Of a DNA stretch of 64,000 nucleotides, positions 51,010 through 60,776 are shown piece after piece. Each line of letters opens with the position of its first letter. Positions within the stretch are counted from its first letter, which is position 1. The DNA lies in assembly GCA_016191285.1 (NCBI GenBank), contig JACPPA010000033.1:137736-201735 (forward strand), read 5' to 3'. Made by a program: the position numbers and the translations under genes. The notes under the pieces were generated by a model. That model made no database searches. It saw only the letters and a program-made list of their open reading frames with translations, and was not told the DNA's origin. The stretch comes from Gammaproteobacteria bacterium. Its GTDB lineage: Bacteria; Pseudomonadota; Gammaproteobacteria; Ga0077536.

Positions 51010-52158
51010 ATGCCACAGTCCGGACGATTTACCCCGCCGCCGCAACAGACCGTGATCTACGGTACGCCGGTGGCGGAGGCGCTTGAAGCCGAACTCGCAA
51101 GCCTTGGCGCGCGCCGCGTGGTGTTCGTCACCAATACCAGTCTGGCCCAGCCGGGGGGGCTCGCCGACACCGTGATCGCGGCGCTGGAACAACGCGCCAT
51201 CGCGCACGTCGTGGGCGTAGGCGCCCATTCACCGCGGGGTGACGTGATCCGGATGGCGGCGACTATGCACGAGCATAACGCCGACGTGGTGGTCGCGTTC
51301 GGTGGGGGTTCGGTATGCGACGCGACGAAGGTCGCGCGATTGTGTCTCGCGAATGCAGTGACAACACTCGATGACATCTCGCGGTTGCGCGCACCCGCAC
51401 CGCAGGCTAAGCCACCGACCCTACCGTACATCTCCATTCCGACCACGCTCTCGGCCGGCGAATTCACCCGTTATGCCGGCGTGACCGATGAGCGAATTCA
51501 GCGCAAGGAATTATTCTGGCACGCGGACGCGGCGCCGAATGTCGTGATCTTGGACGCGGCGATGACAACCGCGACCCCGCCGCGCCTGTGGTTCGGCACG
51601 GGCATTCGGGCCATCGATCACGCGGTGGAGACCTGGTGTTCAGTAAATGTAACCCCCGTGGTCGAAGCCACCTCGCTGCATGCGTTGCGGCTATTGGCGC
51701 CCGCGCTGCGTGCCTGCCAGGCCGACAACACCGCACTCGCGCCGCGCCTCGACGCGCTCATCGGCGCGTGGCTGTCGATCCAGGGTGTAGCGACTGGTGT
51801 CGATCTCGGGGCGAGCCATGGCATCGGTCACATGCTCGGTGGCACGGCCGGCATGCCGCATGGCGAGACCTCGTGCGTGATGCTGCCACACGTGCTGCGC
51901 TACAACCTCACTGTTAATGCCGATCGTCAAGCGAGCCTCGCCGCGGCGATGGGTAGCCCCGACACCCCGGCCGCCGATCTCGTGCAAGCACTGGTTGCGA
52001 GCCTCGATCTCCCCGGCCGCCTGCGTGACGCCAACGTGCCACGCGATCTATTACCGCGGATTGCGGAGGAATCGATGCGCGATATGTGGATCCCGACCAA
52101 TCCGCGCCCGATCACCAACGCCGCGCAGGTCCTTGCCCTGTTGGAAGCGGCGTGGTGA
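51010..52158 (+). CDS. Iron-containing alcohol dehydrogenase / maleylacetate reductase-like
   Basis: GGGSVCD.TK, IPTTLSAGE, DHAVE, HGIGH, PHG. Confidence 0.88.
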   Translation: MPQSGRFTPPPQQTVIYGTPVAEALEAELASLGARRVVFVTNTSLAQPGGLADTVIAALEQRAIAHVVGVGAHSPRGDVIRMAATMHEHNADVVVAFGGGSVCDATKVARLCLANAVTTLDDISRLRAPAPQAKPPTLPYISIPTTLSAGEFTRYAGVTDERIQRKELFWHADAAPNVVILDAAMTTATPPRLWFGTGIRAIDHAVETWCSVNVTPVVEATSLHALRLLAPALRACQADNTALAPRLDALIGAWLSIQGVATGVDLGASHGIGHMLGGTAGMPHGETSCVMLPHVLRYNLTVNADRQASLAAAMGSPDTPAADLVQALVASLDLPGRLRDANVPRDLLPRIAEESMRDMWIPTNPRPITNAAQVLALLEAAW

Positions 52159-52207
52159 GCGCCAATCCGATCGTCATCGCGCACCGCGTTGAGCGAGCAT
52201 TTAAACC

Positions 52208-52705
52208 ATGAATTCTTACGTAGTTCTGCTGCTCGCGTACGCGCAAATCGCGGCCACCCTCACTGGATTCATCGGCGTGGTATTTGTACTCGGTGAACGC
52301 TCGGATGGCCGCCTCAGCGCCAAGGAATCTTCAGCGATATTTCATCTGTTATATTCCGCACTAGGCGCGCTTTTTCTGTCGCTCGTGGCGGTGCTTCTAC
52401 TCGTGGCGCTGGCGACTAACGAACACCTCGCGTGGCGACTTGCCAACGCGCTGTCTGGCGTTGTTCACTCAGCGGGGGCGGGCCGCTTAGCGCTCGATGC
52501 GCGACAAGGACAGGCGGGGTTCAATCGTGCATCGCTCCCCGCGATGAGCATCGGATTTACTGTGATGACTGCAAATTTTGTCATTGCCGCGGGTTACCAG
52601 GCGACCGTCGAAGCCCCGGTATTCATGTTCGCGACACTGTGGGCGCTTGGAATCACTGTAATCTCGTTCGTTGCGTTGCTAATGGCGGGACGACCCACAA
52701 AATAA
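52208..52705 (+). CDS. Hypothetical membrane protein
   Basis: About five hydrophobic helices; AQIAA.L.GF.GVV N-terminus. Confidence 0.65.
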   Translation: MNSYVVLLLAYAQIAATLTGFIGVVFVLGERSDGRLSAKESSAIFHLLYSALGALFLSLVAVLLLVALATNEHLAWRLANALSGVVHSAGAGRLALDARQGQAGFNRASLPAMSIGFTVMTANFVIAAGYQATVEAPVFMFATLWALGITVISFVALLMAGRPTK

Positions 52706-52722
52706 TTCAAGGACCTATTCGC

Positions 52723-53496
52723 GTGCTCAATCGACCTCCACGTATTCTGCTGACCAACGACGATAGCCATGACTCGCCGCTGTTTCATTTCGCCATCGAT
52801 GCCCTGCGCAAGCTCGGCGAATTGCAGGTCGCCGTGCCGGCTACGGAACAGAGTTGGAAAGGCAAGTCGATGACCCGCCACGGTCCACTCTACGCGGAGC
52901 GCATCGCGATTCACGACTTTCCCGCGTGGTCCGTGACCGGAACCCCGGCCGACTGTGTGAATCTCGCGTTATATAACCTGCTCGAAGCGCCACCGGACAT
53001 CGTGGTCTCGGGGATCAACATCGGTAAGAACGTCGGTCTTGGTTTCGTATTTGCCTCGGGTACGGTGGGCGCCTGCTTGGAGGCGAATATCGCGGGCTTG
53101 CCGGCGCTCGCGCTGTCGCAGGAACTCACGCGCGAGGACTTCATTTACTGGGATCAACACCGTGCATTTCGCGAGGAAACCGCGGCGGTGTTGCGGCAAT
53201 CGATTGCCGTGCTGGTTCCCCGCGTATGGGACGCTTTGCTCGGCGATCATTTCACCGAGAAAACCACCTGGAACGTCAATTTCCCGTTTGTCTCCGAAGG
53301 CATTCCCGATCTGCGTCGCACCCGACTCGGCTACACGACGTATCGCGATTGCTTCCGCCAACGCGGCGATCAGTATCTCTTTGGTTTAACGGCCGCGAAT
53401 ATCGATCCCGCGACCGATACCGACGACGCCACGCTCAAGGCTGGCCACGTCAGCGTGACCTTGCTCGACATTCGAACCTTCGGTCAAGGCGTGTAG
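52723..53496 (+). CDS. surE: 5'/3'-nucleotidase SurE family
   Basis: RILLTNDD, VAVPATEQS, GTPADCV, VVSGINIGKN, SGTVGA; GTG start after AAGGA. Confidence 0.88.
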   Translation: MLNRPPRILLTNDDSHDSPLFHFAIDALRKLGELQVAVPATEQSWKGKSMTRHGPLYAERIAIHDFPAWSVTGTPADCVNLALYNLLEAPPDIVVSGINIGKNVGLGFVFASGTVGACLEANIAGLPALALSQELTREDFIYWDQHRAFREETAAVLRQSIAVLVPRVWDALLGDHFTEKTTWNVNFPFVSEGIPDLRRTRLGYTTYRDCFRQRGDQYLFGLTAANIDPATDTDDATLKAGHVSVTLLDIRTFGQGV

Positions 53497-53521
53497 CGAC
53501 CGCGGTTGGCTGACTGACGGG

Positions 53522-53947
53522 CTAGGCGATCAATCCATCGGGATACGCTGCATGCTGCACGATGTCCGGCGGCAGGCTGAGCCACGATTGCGCGCTCGAA
53601 CACCACAAACTGAAGCTCGGCTTGAGGCGTGTCGTGTCGTCCAGCGTACCTCCCATCATCGAGCGTATTTCCGGATATCGATCGAGCGTGATCATGATGG
53701 CCGACCCACATTCGCGGCAGAAATGTCGATATAGACACTTACCATCCGCGTGGCGCGCCGTGTAAATCGCTGGCGCGTTTCGCTCGAACGTTACCGCCTC
53801 GCGCGGAAACACCGTTGCGATCAAAAACGCGGATCCAGATTGTCTCTGGCAGCGTCCGCATTGACACAAGCCCATGCTGATCGGTTCTCCCGCGCAGCGG
53901 TACCGAACCTCACCGCATAAACATCCTCCGCTCCAGACATCCGACAT
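53522..53947 (-). CDS. GFA (CENP-V) family protein
   Basis: GGCLCGEVRY, CQCGRCQR, RHFCRECGS, GTLDD. Confidence 0.9.
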   Translation of the reverse strand: MSDVWSGGCLCGEVRYRCAGEPISMGLCQCGRCQRQSGSAFLIATVFPREAVTFERNAPAIYTARHADGKCLYRHFCRECGSAIMITLDRYPEIRSMMGGTLDDTTRLKPSFSLWCSSAQSWLSLPPDIVQHAAYPDGLIA

Positions 53948-53995
53948 AACCGACCCTCCCCTTACCTTGATTCCCTATTCTGGTAGATTACCCCG

Positions 53996-54907
53996 ATGCG
54001 TGAAGACATTGCATTCGATGCCAACGGCACGACCTTGCGTGGCTGGTTATACCTGCCCGAACGCGCATCCAATCGTTGTCCCGCCGTGGTTCTCGCTCAC
54101 GGATTTTCCGCGTTGAAAGAAATGGGTCTCGATGACTATGCGGCGGTATTTACGGCAGCGGGTCTTGCGTGCCTCGTCTACGACCAGCGCAATTTCGGCG
54201 CAAGTGACGGCGCACCGCGATACGACATCGATCCTATCGCGCAGATGCGCGACTATCGCCATGCGATTACGTACGCTGAATCGCGCCGTGAGATTGACCC
54301 TGCGCGCATCGGCCTTTGGGGCACCAGTTACAGTGGAGGGCTCGTGTTAATGGCCACCGCGCTGGATCGACGCGTGCGATGCGTGGTGAGCCAGGTGCCC
54401 TTTATCAGCGGTTTCGAAAGCTTTAGACGATTGATTCCGCTCGATCGGCAGACCGCCTATTTTTCGCGCCTGGAAGCCGAACGCCGCGCGATTGCAGCAG
54501 GGGCTGTCCCCAGCGTCGTAGAGATTTGCGCCGACGATCCCGCGCAGCCAGCGGATTCGCCGGGACGCCTCACCTATCGTTATTTCAATTCGTTCCGCGA
54601 GTCGAAGCGGGTTGAGTGGGACAATAAGGTCACGTTGCGCTCGCTCGACTATCGTCTCGAGTTCGACGCGCGCCCCTTTATGTCGCGCATAAGTCCAACG
54701 CCGCTATTAATGCTGGTCGCGACTCGCGACACCATCACGCCAACTGAGGTTGCGCTGGAAGCGTACGCGCAGGCACACGCGCCGAAAGCCCTGGAACTGC
54801 TGGAAGGTGATCACTACCAGCCCTACCAAGCGGGATTTGCGGCCAGTAGCGCCGTTGCACGGGATTGGTTCGTCACCCACCTCATCGGCAAGATGGGTCA
54901 CCGATAA
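53996..54907 (+). CDS. Alpha/beta hydrolase
   Basis: LRGWLYLP, AHGFS..KE, RNFGASDG.PR, nucleophile WGTSYSGG. Confidence 0.88.
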   Translation: MREDIAFDANGTTLRGWLYLPERASNRCPAVVLAHGFSALKEMGLDDYAAVFTAAGLACLVYDQRNFGASDGAPRYDIDPIAQMRDYRHAITYAESRREIDPARIGLWGTSYSGGLVLMATALDRRVRCVVSQVPFISGFESFRRLIPLDRQTAYFSRLEAERRAIAAGAVPSVVEICADDPAQPADSPGRLTYRYFNSFRESKRVEWDNKVTLRSLDYRLEFDARPFMSRISPTPLLMLVATRDTITPTEVALEAYAQAHAPKALELLEGDHYQPYQAGFAASSAVARDWFVTHLIGKMGHR

Positions 54908-55058
54908 CCAATCGATCGCGGGCGCGAGTGGACCTACCGTATCACTGCACACAGCAGTGATACGTACCGTTGCGTCGTCTGTGTGACCGCAGACAGGCCG
55001 CCTAGCACGCGAAGTTTTGTGCCATTATTCCACCCCCAATAATTGCGGAGCATCACTC

Positions 55059-55904
55059 ATGGATATCGGCGTCATCATGTTTCCGACCGACCAGGCCATC
55101 CAGCCCATGGAACTCGCGCGCGCCTGTGAAGAGCGCGGTTTCGAGTCGCTATGGTTCCCAGAACACAGTCATATTCCAACCAGTCGCGAGACCCCCTGGG
55201 GCGGACGTCCGGAGCTCGGGCCGCTGCCGGAGGAATACTGGCGCACACACGACCAATTCGTGGCCCTCGCTGCTTGCGCCGCGGTCACCAAGAAACTGCG
55301 TCTCGGCACCGGCATCACGCTGGTCGCACAGCGTGACCCGGTGTGGCTGGCGAAGGAAGTCGCGAGCCTCGATATGCTTTCCGGCGGGCGCTTTGAGTTC
55401 GGCATCGGTTATGGCTGGAATGTCGAGGAAATGCGCAATCACGGCCTCGATTTCAAGCTACGCCGCGAAATCCTGCGCGAGCACATGCTGCTGATAAAGG
55501 AACTGTGGACGAAAGAAGAAGCGAGCTTCAACGGCAAGTATGTGAAATTCGAGAAAAGCTGGGCCTGGCCGAAGCCGACTCAGAAGCCGCATCCGCCAAT
55601 CCTGATGGGCGGCGCCGCCGGCCCCAAGACCGCCGATCACGTTGCCGAGTTCTGCGACGGTTGGATGCCGCTCAGCGGACTCTATGATTTCGACAATGGG
55701 TTGAAGCAAATCCACGATGCCTGCCGCCAACGCGGCCGCGATCCGAAATCGGTTAGTCTCGGCATGTTCTTCGCAGCGCCGCCGGCGGGCGACGCGATGA
55801 AAGGGTTGCCGGAAAAAGGCGTGACCCGGGTAATCCTGCCGCTCCCAGCGGCCCCGGCGAGCACCGTGCTGCCGCTCCTGGACAAGTATGCGAAATTCAT
55901 CTAA
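55059..55904 (+). CDS. LLM oxidoreductase, putative F420-dependent (Rv2161c-like)
   Basis: EERGFESLWFPEHSHIP, AKEVASLD.LSGGRFEFGIGYGWNVEE; close paralog of 46593-47441. Confidence 0.88.
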   Translation: MDIGVIMFPTDQAIQPMELARACEERGFESLWFPEHSHIPTSRETPWGGRPELGPLPEEYWRTHDQFVALAACAAVTKKLRLGTGITLVAQRDPVWLAKEVASLDMLSGGRFEFGIGYGWNVEEMRNHGLDFKLRREILREHMLLIKELWTKEEASFNGKYVKFEKSWAWPKPTQKPHPPILMGGAAGPKTADHVAEFCDGWMPLSGLYDFDNGLKQIHDACRQRGRDPKSVSLGMFFAAPPAGDAMKGLPEKGVTRVILPLPAAPASTVLPLLDKYAKFI

Positions 55905-55986
55905 TTGCTGCGACGGCAGTCCACGCGCTAGCGCAGTGTGGACTGCCGTCCGGCCCCTTGCCACAAAAATTAAGGAGTCAATCGCG

Positions 55987-56880
55987 ATGGCGAACGTACA
56001 AATTGACAACATCCGCACCATGCTCAAGACCAACCCGATCATCGCCGAAGGCGCGACCGTGGAGCAGATGCGTAAGGGTCTCGATGCGATGGGCTCGGCG
56101 ACGCCGAGCCTCCCTGGAATCAAGTCCGCGCAGGTCGACGCTGGCGGCGTGCCCGCGGAATGGATCACGCCTGCGGGTGGCGATACCGGTCGCGTGCTGC
56201 TCTACCTGCACGGCGGCGGCTACGTGCTCGGCTCGGTGCAATCCCATCGTCCGATGATCGAGCGCTTAGCGCAGGCCACCGGCGCGCGAGTACTCGCGCT
56301 GAACTATCGTCTCGCACCGGAGGCGCCGTTCCCGGCCGCCGTGGACGACGCCGTCGCGGGTTATCGCTGGCTGCTTAAGCAGGGCGTTAAGCCTGCGCGC
56401 ATCGCCATCGCGGGCGATTCCGCCGGCGGCGGTCTGACCCTGGCGGCGCTGATCGCGCTGCGTGACGCCGGCGATCCGATGCCCGCCTGCGCGGTGCCAA
56501 TCTCACCCTGGACCGACATGGAAGGCAGCGGCGCCTCGATGCAGACCCGGGCCGCGGTCGATCCGATGGTGCAGAAGCCCGGGCTGGAGGCGATGGCTGG
56601 CACCTATCTCAAAGGCGCCGATCCCAAGCACCCGCTGGCCTCGCCGCTGCATGCCAACTTGAAGGGCCTGCCGCCGCTGTTGATTCAGGTCGGCGACGCC
56701 GAGACCCTGCTCGACGACACCACGCGCCTCGAACCCAAGCTCAAAGCCGCCGGGGTCGACGCCACCATCGAGGTGTGGGAAGAGATGATCCACGTGTGGC
56801 ATCTATTCGCCCCCATGCTCGACAAGGGCCAGCAGGCCATCGATCGGATCGGTGAGTTCGTGCGTAAGCACATCGCCTAA
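55987..56880 (+). CDS. HSL-family esterase / lactone hydrolase-like alpha/beta hydrolase
   Basis: LYLHGGGY, GDSAGGGL, HVW; AAGGAG SD. Confidence 0.92.
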   Translation: MANVQIDNIRTMLKTNPIIAEGATVEQMRKGLDAMGSATPSLPGIKSAQVDAGGVPAEWITPAGGDTGRVLLYLHGGGYVLGSVQSHRPMIERLAQATGARVLALNYRLAPEAPFPAAVDDAVAGYRWLLKQGVKPARIAIAGDSAGGGLTLAALIALRDAGDPMPACAVPISPWTDMEGSGASMQTRAAVDPMVQKPGLEAMAGTYLKGADPKHPLASPLHANLKGLPPLLIQVGDAETLLDDTTRLEPKLKAAGVDATIEVWEEMIHVWHLFAPMLDKGQQAIDRIGEFVRKHIA

Positions 56881-57002
56881 GGTCGGACGGTGTTAATCCG
56901 TTTCGGCGGAAGGCGCTGCGCTTTTCCGTACCGCGCTTGCACCCGTAGTCGAACAGCGCTCGGTTTTAGATTTATTGCGCCATCAACTCTTGGAGAATAC
57001 TC

Positions 57003-57296
57003 ATGACTTGCCAGGTAATACTTGAATTAAAAGCCAAACCCCATTGCATCGAAGACGTTAGAATCTGGTTGCGCGGCGTACTGCCCGATACGCGCGGATT
57101 CGACGGCTGCGTAACCCTGCATGTGGTCCAGAATCAGGACGACCCAACGGCCATCGTCATCGTCGAGCAGTGGGTAACCCGCCAACATTATGAAAAATAT
57201 CTGGCGTGGCGCACCGCACGCGGCGATATGGTCGCGTTCGGCGCGATGATGGATGGCGAGCCCAAAATTCGATTCTTCGATTACTTCCGGGTGTGA
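57003..57296 (+). CDS. ABM-domain (putative quinol monooxygenase) protein
   Basis: LPDTRGFDGC, VEQW......YL.WR; GGAGA SD. Confidence 0.85.
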   Translation: MTCQVILELKAKPHCIEDVRIWLRGVLPDTRGFDGCVTLHVVQNQDDPTAIVIVEQWVTRQHYEKYLAWRTARGDMVAFGAMMDGEPKIRFFDYFRV

Positions 57297-57333
57297 GGCA
57301 TCGCCCGGGTGGATGGTTCGATCCCGTGTCGCA

Positions 57334-57615
57334 CTAGGTGACTCGCATGAGTGCGACGTAGTGGCCGATGACGATGATCGCAGCGGCGACAAAAATCCAT
57401 GTCTCGTACAAGAAGCGCCAATTCCCCGGGGCCTGCGCCGCTTCCATGAAATGCCGGAGCACCAGACGAGCCTTGACTGCGGCAATGGTGACAATCACCA
57501 AGGTCGAGAGGGGTCCAAGCAGGCGCCTTTCGAAAATATCGAATGACGCGAGAGTGCAAGCGATCAAGATCAGCCATATCGCGAACGGCATCGGAGTTCG
57601 AAAATCCTTACGCAT
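57334..57615 (-). CDS. Cytochrome c oxidase subunit IV family protein
   Basis: Three TMs, W..L...TL, IAAVKARLV..HFME; directly follows the COX3-like gene. Confidence 0.8.
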   Translation of the reverse strand: MRKDFRTPMPFAIWLILIACTLASFDIFERRLLGPLSTLVIVTIAAVKARLVLRHFMEAAQAPGNWRFLYETWIFVAAAIIVIGHYVALMRVT

Positions 57616-57617
57616 CG

Positions 57618-58223
57618 TCACACCAGGTAGAGCAGCGGAAAAATAAATAGCCACAGCACGTCAACGTAATGCCAGAACACGCCGACGTTTTCGAGACCCG
57701 TCGTGTAGGCCGGCGAATCCAGGCAGCGGATGCTTCGCTGGCGGTATGAATTAAGGAACACCATGCCGGCGACAACGTGCAGAAAATGCACGAACGTGAT
57801 GAAGTAATAAAACGAGAAAAAAGGATTCGTCGCAGGGCTGAAGCCGAGCAAAATCTTGGCGCGGTACTCGATGATCTTGCTCGCCACGAACATCAAGCCA
57901 CAGACCAGCGCGAGCGCGAGCCGAGTCGCGATAATTTTCGGCGCGCCGCGCCGTGCTGCGTGCACGGCCTCGACCACCAACCACGAACTCGTCAGCAATA
58001 CCAGGGTATTGCACAGTCCAAAGATTTCGTTGAGATGAGATTGAGATGACTTAAATAGCGAGTATTCATCCAGACGCTCGGTCATGAACACAAAAAAAAT
58101 CAACGTGAAGATGACCATGTCGATGAAGACAAAAAGCCACAGACCGTCGGTGCCAATCTGCTGTTGGTCGTGTCGGAACGTCGGTGAACGCGGAGCGTCC
58201 GGTGCGGAATCAGGATGGTTCAT
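57618..58223 (-). CDS. Cytochrome c oxidase subunit III family (NorE-like) protein
   Basis: GLWLFVF.D, NTLVLLTSS, FFSFYY.IT..H.LHV..G, FWHYVD.LW. Confidence 0.9.
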   Translation of the reverse strand: MNHPDSAPDAPRSPTFRHDQQQIGTDGLWLFVFIDMVIFTLIFFVFMTERLDEYSLFKSSQSHLNEIFGLCNTLVLLTSSWLVVEAVHAARRGAPKIIATRLALALVCGLMFVASKIIEYRAKILLGFSPATNPFFSFYYFITFVHFLHVVAGMVFLNSYRQRSIRCLDSPAYTTGLENVGVFWHYVDVLWLFIFPLLYLV

Positions 58224-58421
58224 CGCCGCGATTTCTTAATTGCGCCCGAGCAGTCCTCTGGCCACCTAAAGTTCGGCGGCGGACATGGCAGCCCGCGGTC
58301 GGGGTTGGATGTGGTTTTGAGGATTCGCGGCAGTCGCGGAAAGAATCGCGACTACCGGCGAATAATACTAGTGTGCCGTCCGTAATGACCTTTCGTGACG
58401 AGTCGTCAGCGGCGCGTCTTC

Positions 58422-58484
58422 GTGGGAGCCGCTTTAGCGGCGAATACAGCCGTTATATCCTTTCGCGGCTAAAGCCGCTCCCAC
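58422..58484. repeat. REP doublet (GTGG/GTAG-type), copy 3
   Basis: GTGGGAGCCGCTTTAGCGGCGAA...TTCGCGGCTAAAGCCGCTCCCAC. Confidence 0.85.
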
Positions 58485-58541
58485 AAAATAACGCTTCGAA
58501 CTATGCCGGTTCATTGCGGCACACCACACCAGGTGCCGTGC

Positions 58542-59282
58542 TCAGCGACTGGCGACTGCAGCCACGGGCACGAACTCACGGCGACGATGCGTAAGTTCTT
58601 TCAGCATGAAGTAACTGTAGGGCGAGAAAAAGCCGAACAGCCAAGAGCCGAACACGATATAGAAATTCCAACTGCCTGGCAGCGCGAACGGGCCTTTATC
58701 GACAAAGGGAATCAGCACCAGTGGCACGAAGACGATCCCGATGGCGATTGCGCACCACCCTGCCCAGGCCGGAAAAATCGTCTGACGCTTATTCAGAATC
58801 GTGTAGAGGCCGAGCCCAGTCAGCTGCACCGTCGTGATCATGAACGTCACGTCATAGATGAACCAGCCGGTCGCGTGCAGCAGTTTGATCACACTGGGGT
58901 CGAACGTAGTCGCGAAGACGGCGCAGCTCAGCCATATCGCCGGACAGAAGGCCAGCACCCAAGCAGTCAGGGCACCGCCGGTGAGTTCCATGAAGCTGAA
59001 AACGTTAAAGCCACCGGATTCGTCACGCATCATAAACGCCAGCAGGCACGACCACGGCAGGTATAACAAGGCGACGACGCAGCATCCGGCCATCCCGATC
59101 GCGATCGAACTCTGATACTTGCCGTAGTAATCCGCGACCAGCTGTTCGGGAGTTAAGCCCATGACATTGGGTGGCGGAATGTTATGGCCCAGGATGCCCC
59201 AGAAGACCAGATAGCCGAGCACAAAGAGCGGTCCGCACCAGGCGACACACAACTCCACCAGGTTTTTTGTTTCTTTGTCCAT
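58542..59282 (-). CDS. Uncharacterised multi-pass membrane protein
   Basis: About six TMs; AWCGP, PPP, GW, FP.WAGW, GPFA; start ATG 59282 after AAGGGG. Confidence 0.75.
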   Translation of the reverse strand: MDKETKNLVELCVAWCGPLFVLGYLVFWGILGHNIPPPNVMGLTPEQLVADYYGKYQSSIAIGMAGCCVVALLYLPWSCLLAFMMRDESGGFNVFSFMELTGGALTAWVLAFCPAIWLSCAVFATTFDPSVIKLLHATGWFIYDVTFMITTVQLTGLGLYTILNKRQTIFPAWAGWCAIAIGIVFVPLVLIPFVDKGPFALPGSWNFYIVFGSWLFGFFSPYSYFMLKELTHRRREFVPVAAVASR

Positions 59283-59322
59283 AACCGCCCCTTGAGTATT
59301 AGTGTTTGCGAATTCGAACATA

Positions 59323-59344
59323 ATATTGAAATAATAGTCAATAT
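59323..59344. promoter_or_regulatory. Palindromic operator ATATTGA-N8-TCAATAT (LuxR/HapR/SmcR-like box)
   Basis: ATATTGAAATAATAGTCAATAT in an AT-rich divergent promoter region. Confidence 0.7.
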
Positions 59345-59543
59345 CGTTTCAAGACCGCTTGCGCTGGGTGTTCTATGACAAGGCGCGAGCGAGACGAATA
59401 CAGCGCAACATCACACGGTGGAGAGGTGACATGACGCACTACGACACGGTCATTAAAAAGCGGCGCCATCATTGCAGAATGTCCAGTTGGCACGGCGTGA
59501 CATCGGTTGCGATCGGTAATTGTGGCGTCGGTGGGCAGCGGCC

Positions 59544-60767
59544 ATGATGTCGACCGGTAGCGCCACGAGTTTTGACCACGCGACCTTTTCGTTCGATCCC
59601 CTGAGCGCGGCGGTCCGGGCCAATCCCTACCCGTACTACCAATATCTGCGCGAGCATTCTCCGGTACATTTCGTACCGACACTGAACGCCTATGCGATCA
59701 GCCGCTACGAGGATGTGCGCAATGTACTCTCCAACCACGCGCAATTCTCATCGGATCCCTTGATTCGGATTGCCTTTGGCGAATTCAATCCCGCAGGCGA
59801 TGCGCGTTACGTCCTGGCCTCCGATCCGCCCCACCACACGCGTCTGCGCGCCCTGGTGAACAAGGCGCTGTCGAACCGCTACCTGACCGAGATCCGCAGT
59901 GAGATTGAGCACACGGTAAGGGGATTACTGCAGGATCTCCCACACCAGCGGGAATTCGACTTCATTGAACAGTTTTCCTCGCCGCTGCCGGTCAAAATTG
60001 TGGGTGAATTTCTTGGCATCGAAAGTGCGCGGACGGCGGATTTTCGGCGCTGGTCGAACAGCATCACCGCCGGCGGCAATGCAGAGCTCCTCACGGAAGA
60101 CCAGCGTCAACAGATTCGTTCGGATGCTAGGGAATTTCGCGAGTATTTTCTGGCCCGCATCGCGGATGCGCGCAATCACCCCCGGCCGAATTTGATTGGC
60201 GCCTTGGTCGCCGCCGAAGAACAAGGGCAGAAGCTATCCGCAGACGAAGTGCTGGCGATGTGCGTGCTGCTGTTGATTGCCGGCAATGAAACCACCACGA
60301 CCATGCTCGCGAATGCCCTGATCTGCATGCGCGATTTTCCGGCGGTGGCGGCGGAAGTGCGATCCGATCGAAGCCTCATCCCCAACTTCATCGAGGAAAG
60401 TCTCCGCTACAGCTCACCCATTCAGTTGCTGTTTCGGCGCGCGACCTCGGACACCGTCATCGCCGGGATCCCGATCGCGAAGGACCAAATCGTGATGCCG
60501 ATTTATGGCAGCGCCAACCGCGATGGCACCATGTTCGAAAATCCCGATGTCATGAACCTGCATCGACCCGATGTGCGTAAGCACGTGGCGTTTGGTTGGG
60601 GAATTCATATGTGCGTCGGACGCGCGCTCGCAAGCCTGGAGGGCGATATCGCGTTGAATGCACTGTTTGATCGCTTTTCGAAAATCGAAATCACTTCGCC
60701 AACCATCGAGTGGGTTGACGCGTTCTATCTGCGCGGCCCGAAGAATCTGCGCGTTATCTGCAGTTGA
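59544..60767 (+). CDS. Cytochrome P450
   Basis: DPPHHTRLR, I-helix AGNETT, ESLR, heme motif FGWGIHMCVG. Confidence 0.96.
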   Translation: MMSTGSATSFDHATFSFDPLSAAVRANPYPYYQYLREHSPVHFVPTLNAYAISRYEDVRNVLSNHAQFSSDPLIRIAFGEFNPAGDARYVLASDPPHHTRLRALVNKALSNRYLTEIRSEIEHTVRGLLQDLPHQREFDFIEQFSSPLPVKIVGEFLGIESARTADFRRWSNSITAGGNAELLTEDQRQQIRSDAREFREYFLARIADARNHPRPNLIGALVAAEEQGQKLSADEVLAMCVLLLIAGNETTTTMLANALICMRDFPAVAAEVRSDRSLIPNFIEESLRYSSPIQLLFRRATSDTVIAGIPIAKDQIVMPIYGSANRDGTMFENPDVMNLHRPDVRKHVAFGWGIHMCVGRALASLEGDIALNALFDRFSKIEITSPTIEWVDAFYLRGPKNLRVICS

Positions 60768-60776
60768 CGTCAAAGC

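Noticed and set aside
52432..52722. Cys-rich N-terminal extension of SurE in the ORF track
   Set aside because: Overlaps the upstream membrane gene in another frame; a better start with SD lies at 52723.
56881..56945. Possible REP remnant (GGCGGAAGGCGCTGCGCTTTTCCG)
   Set aside because: Too degenerate and single-armed to call.
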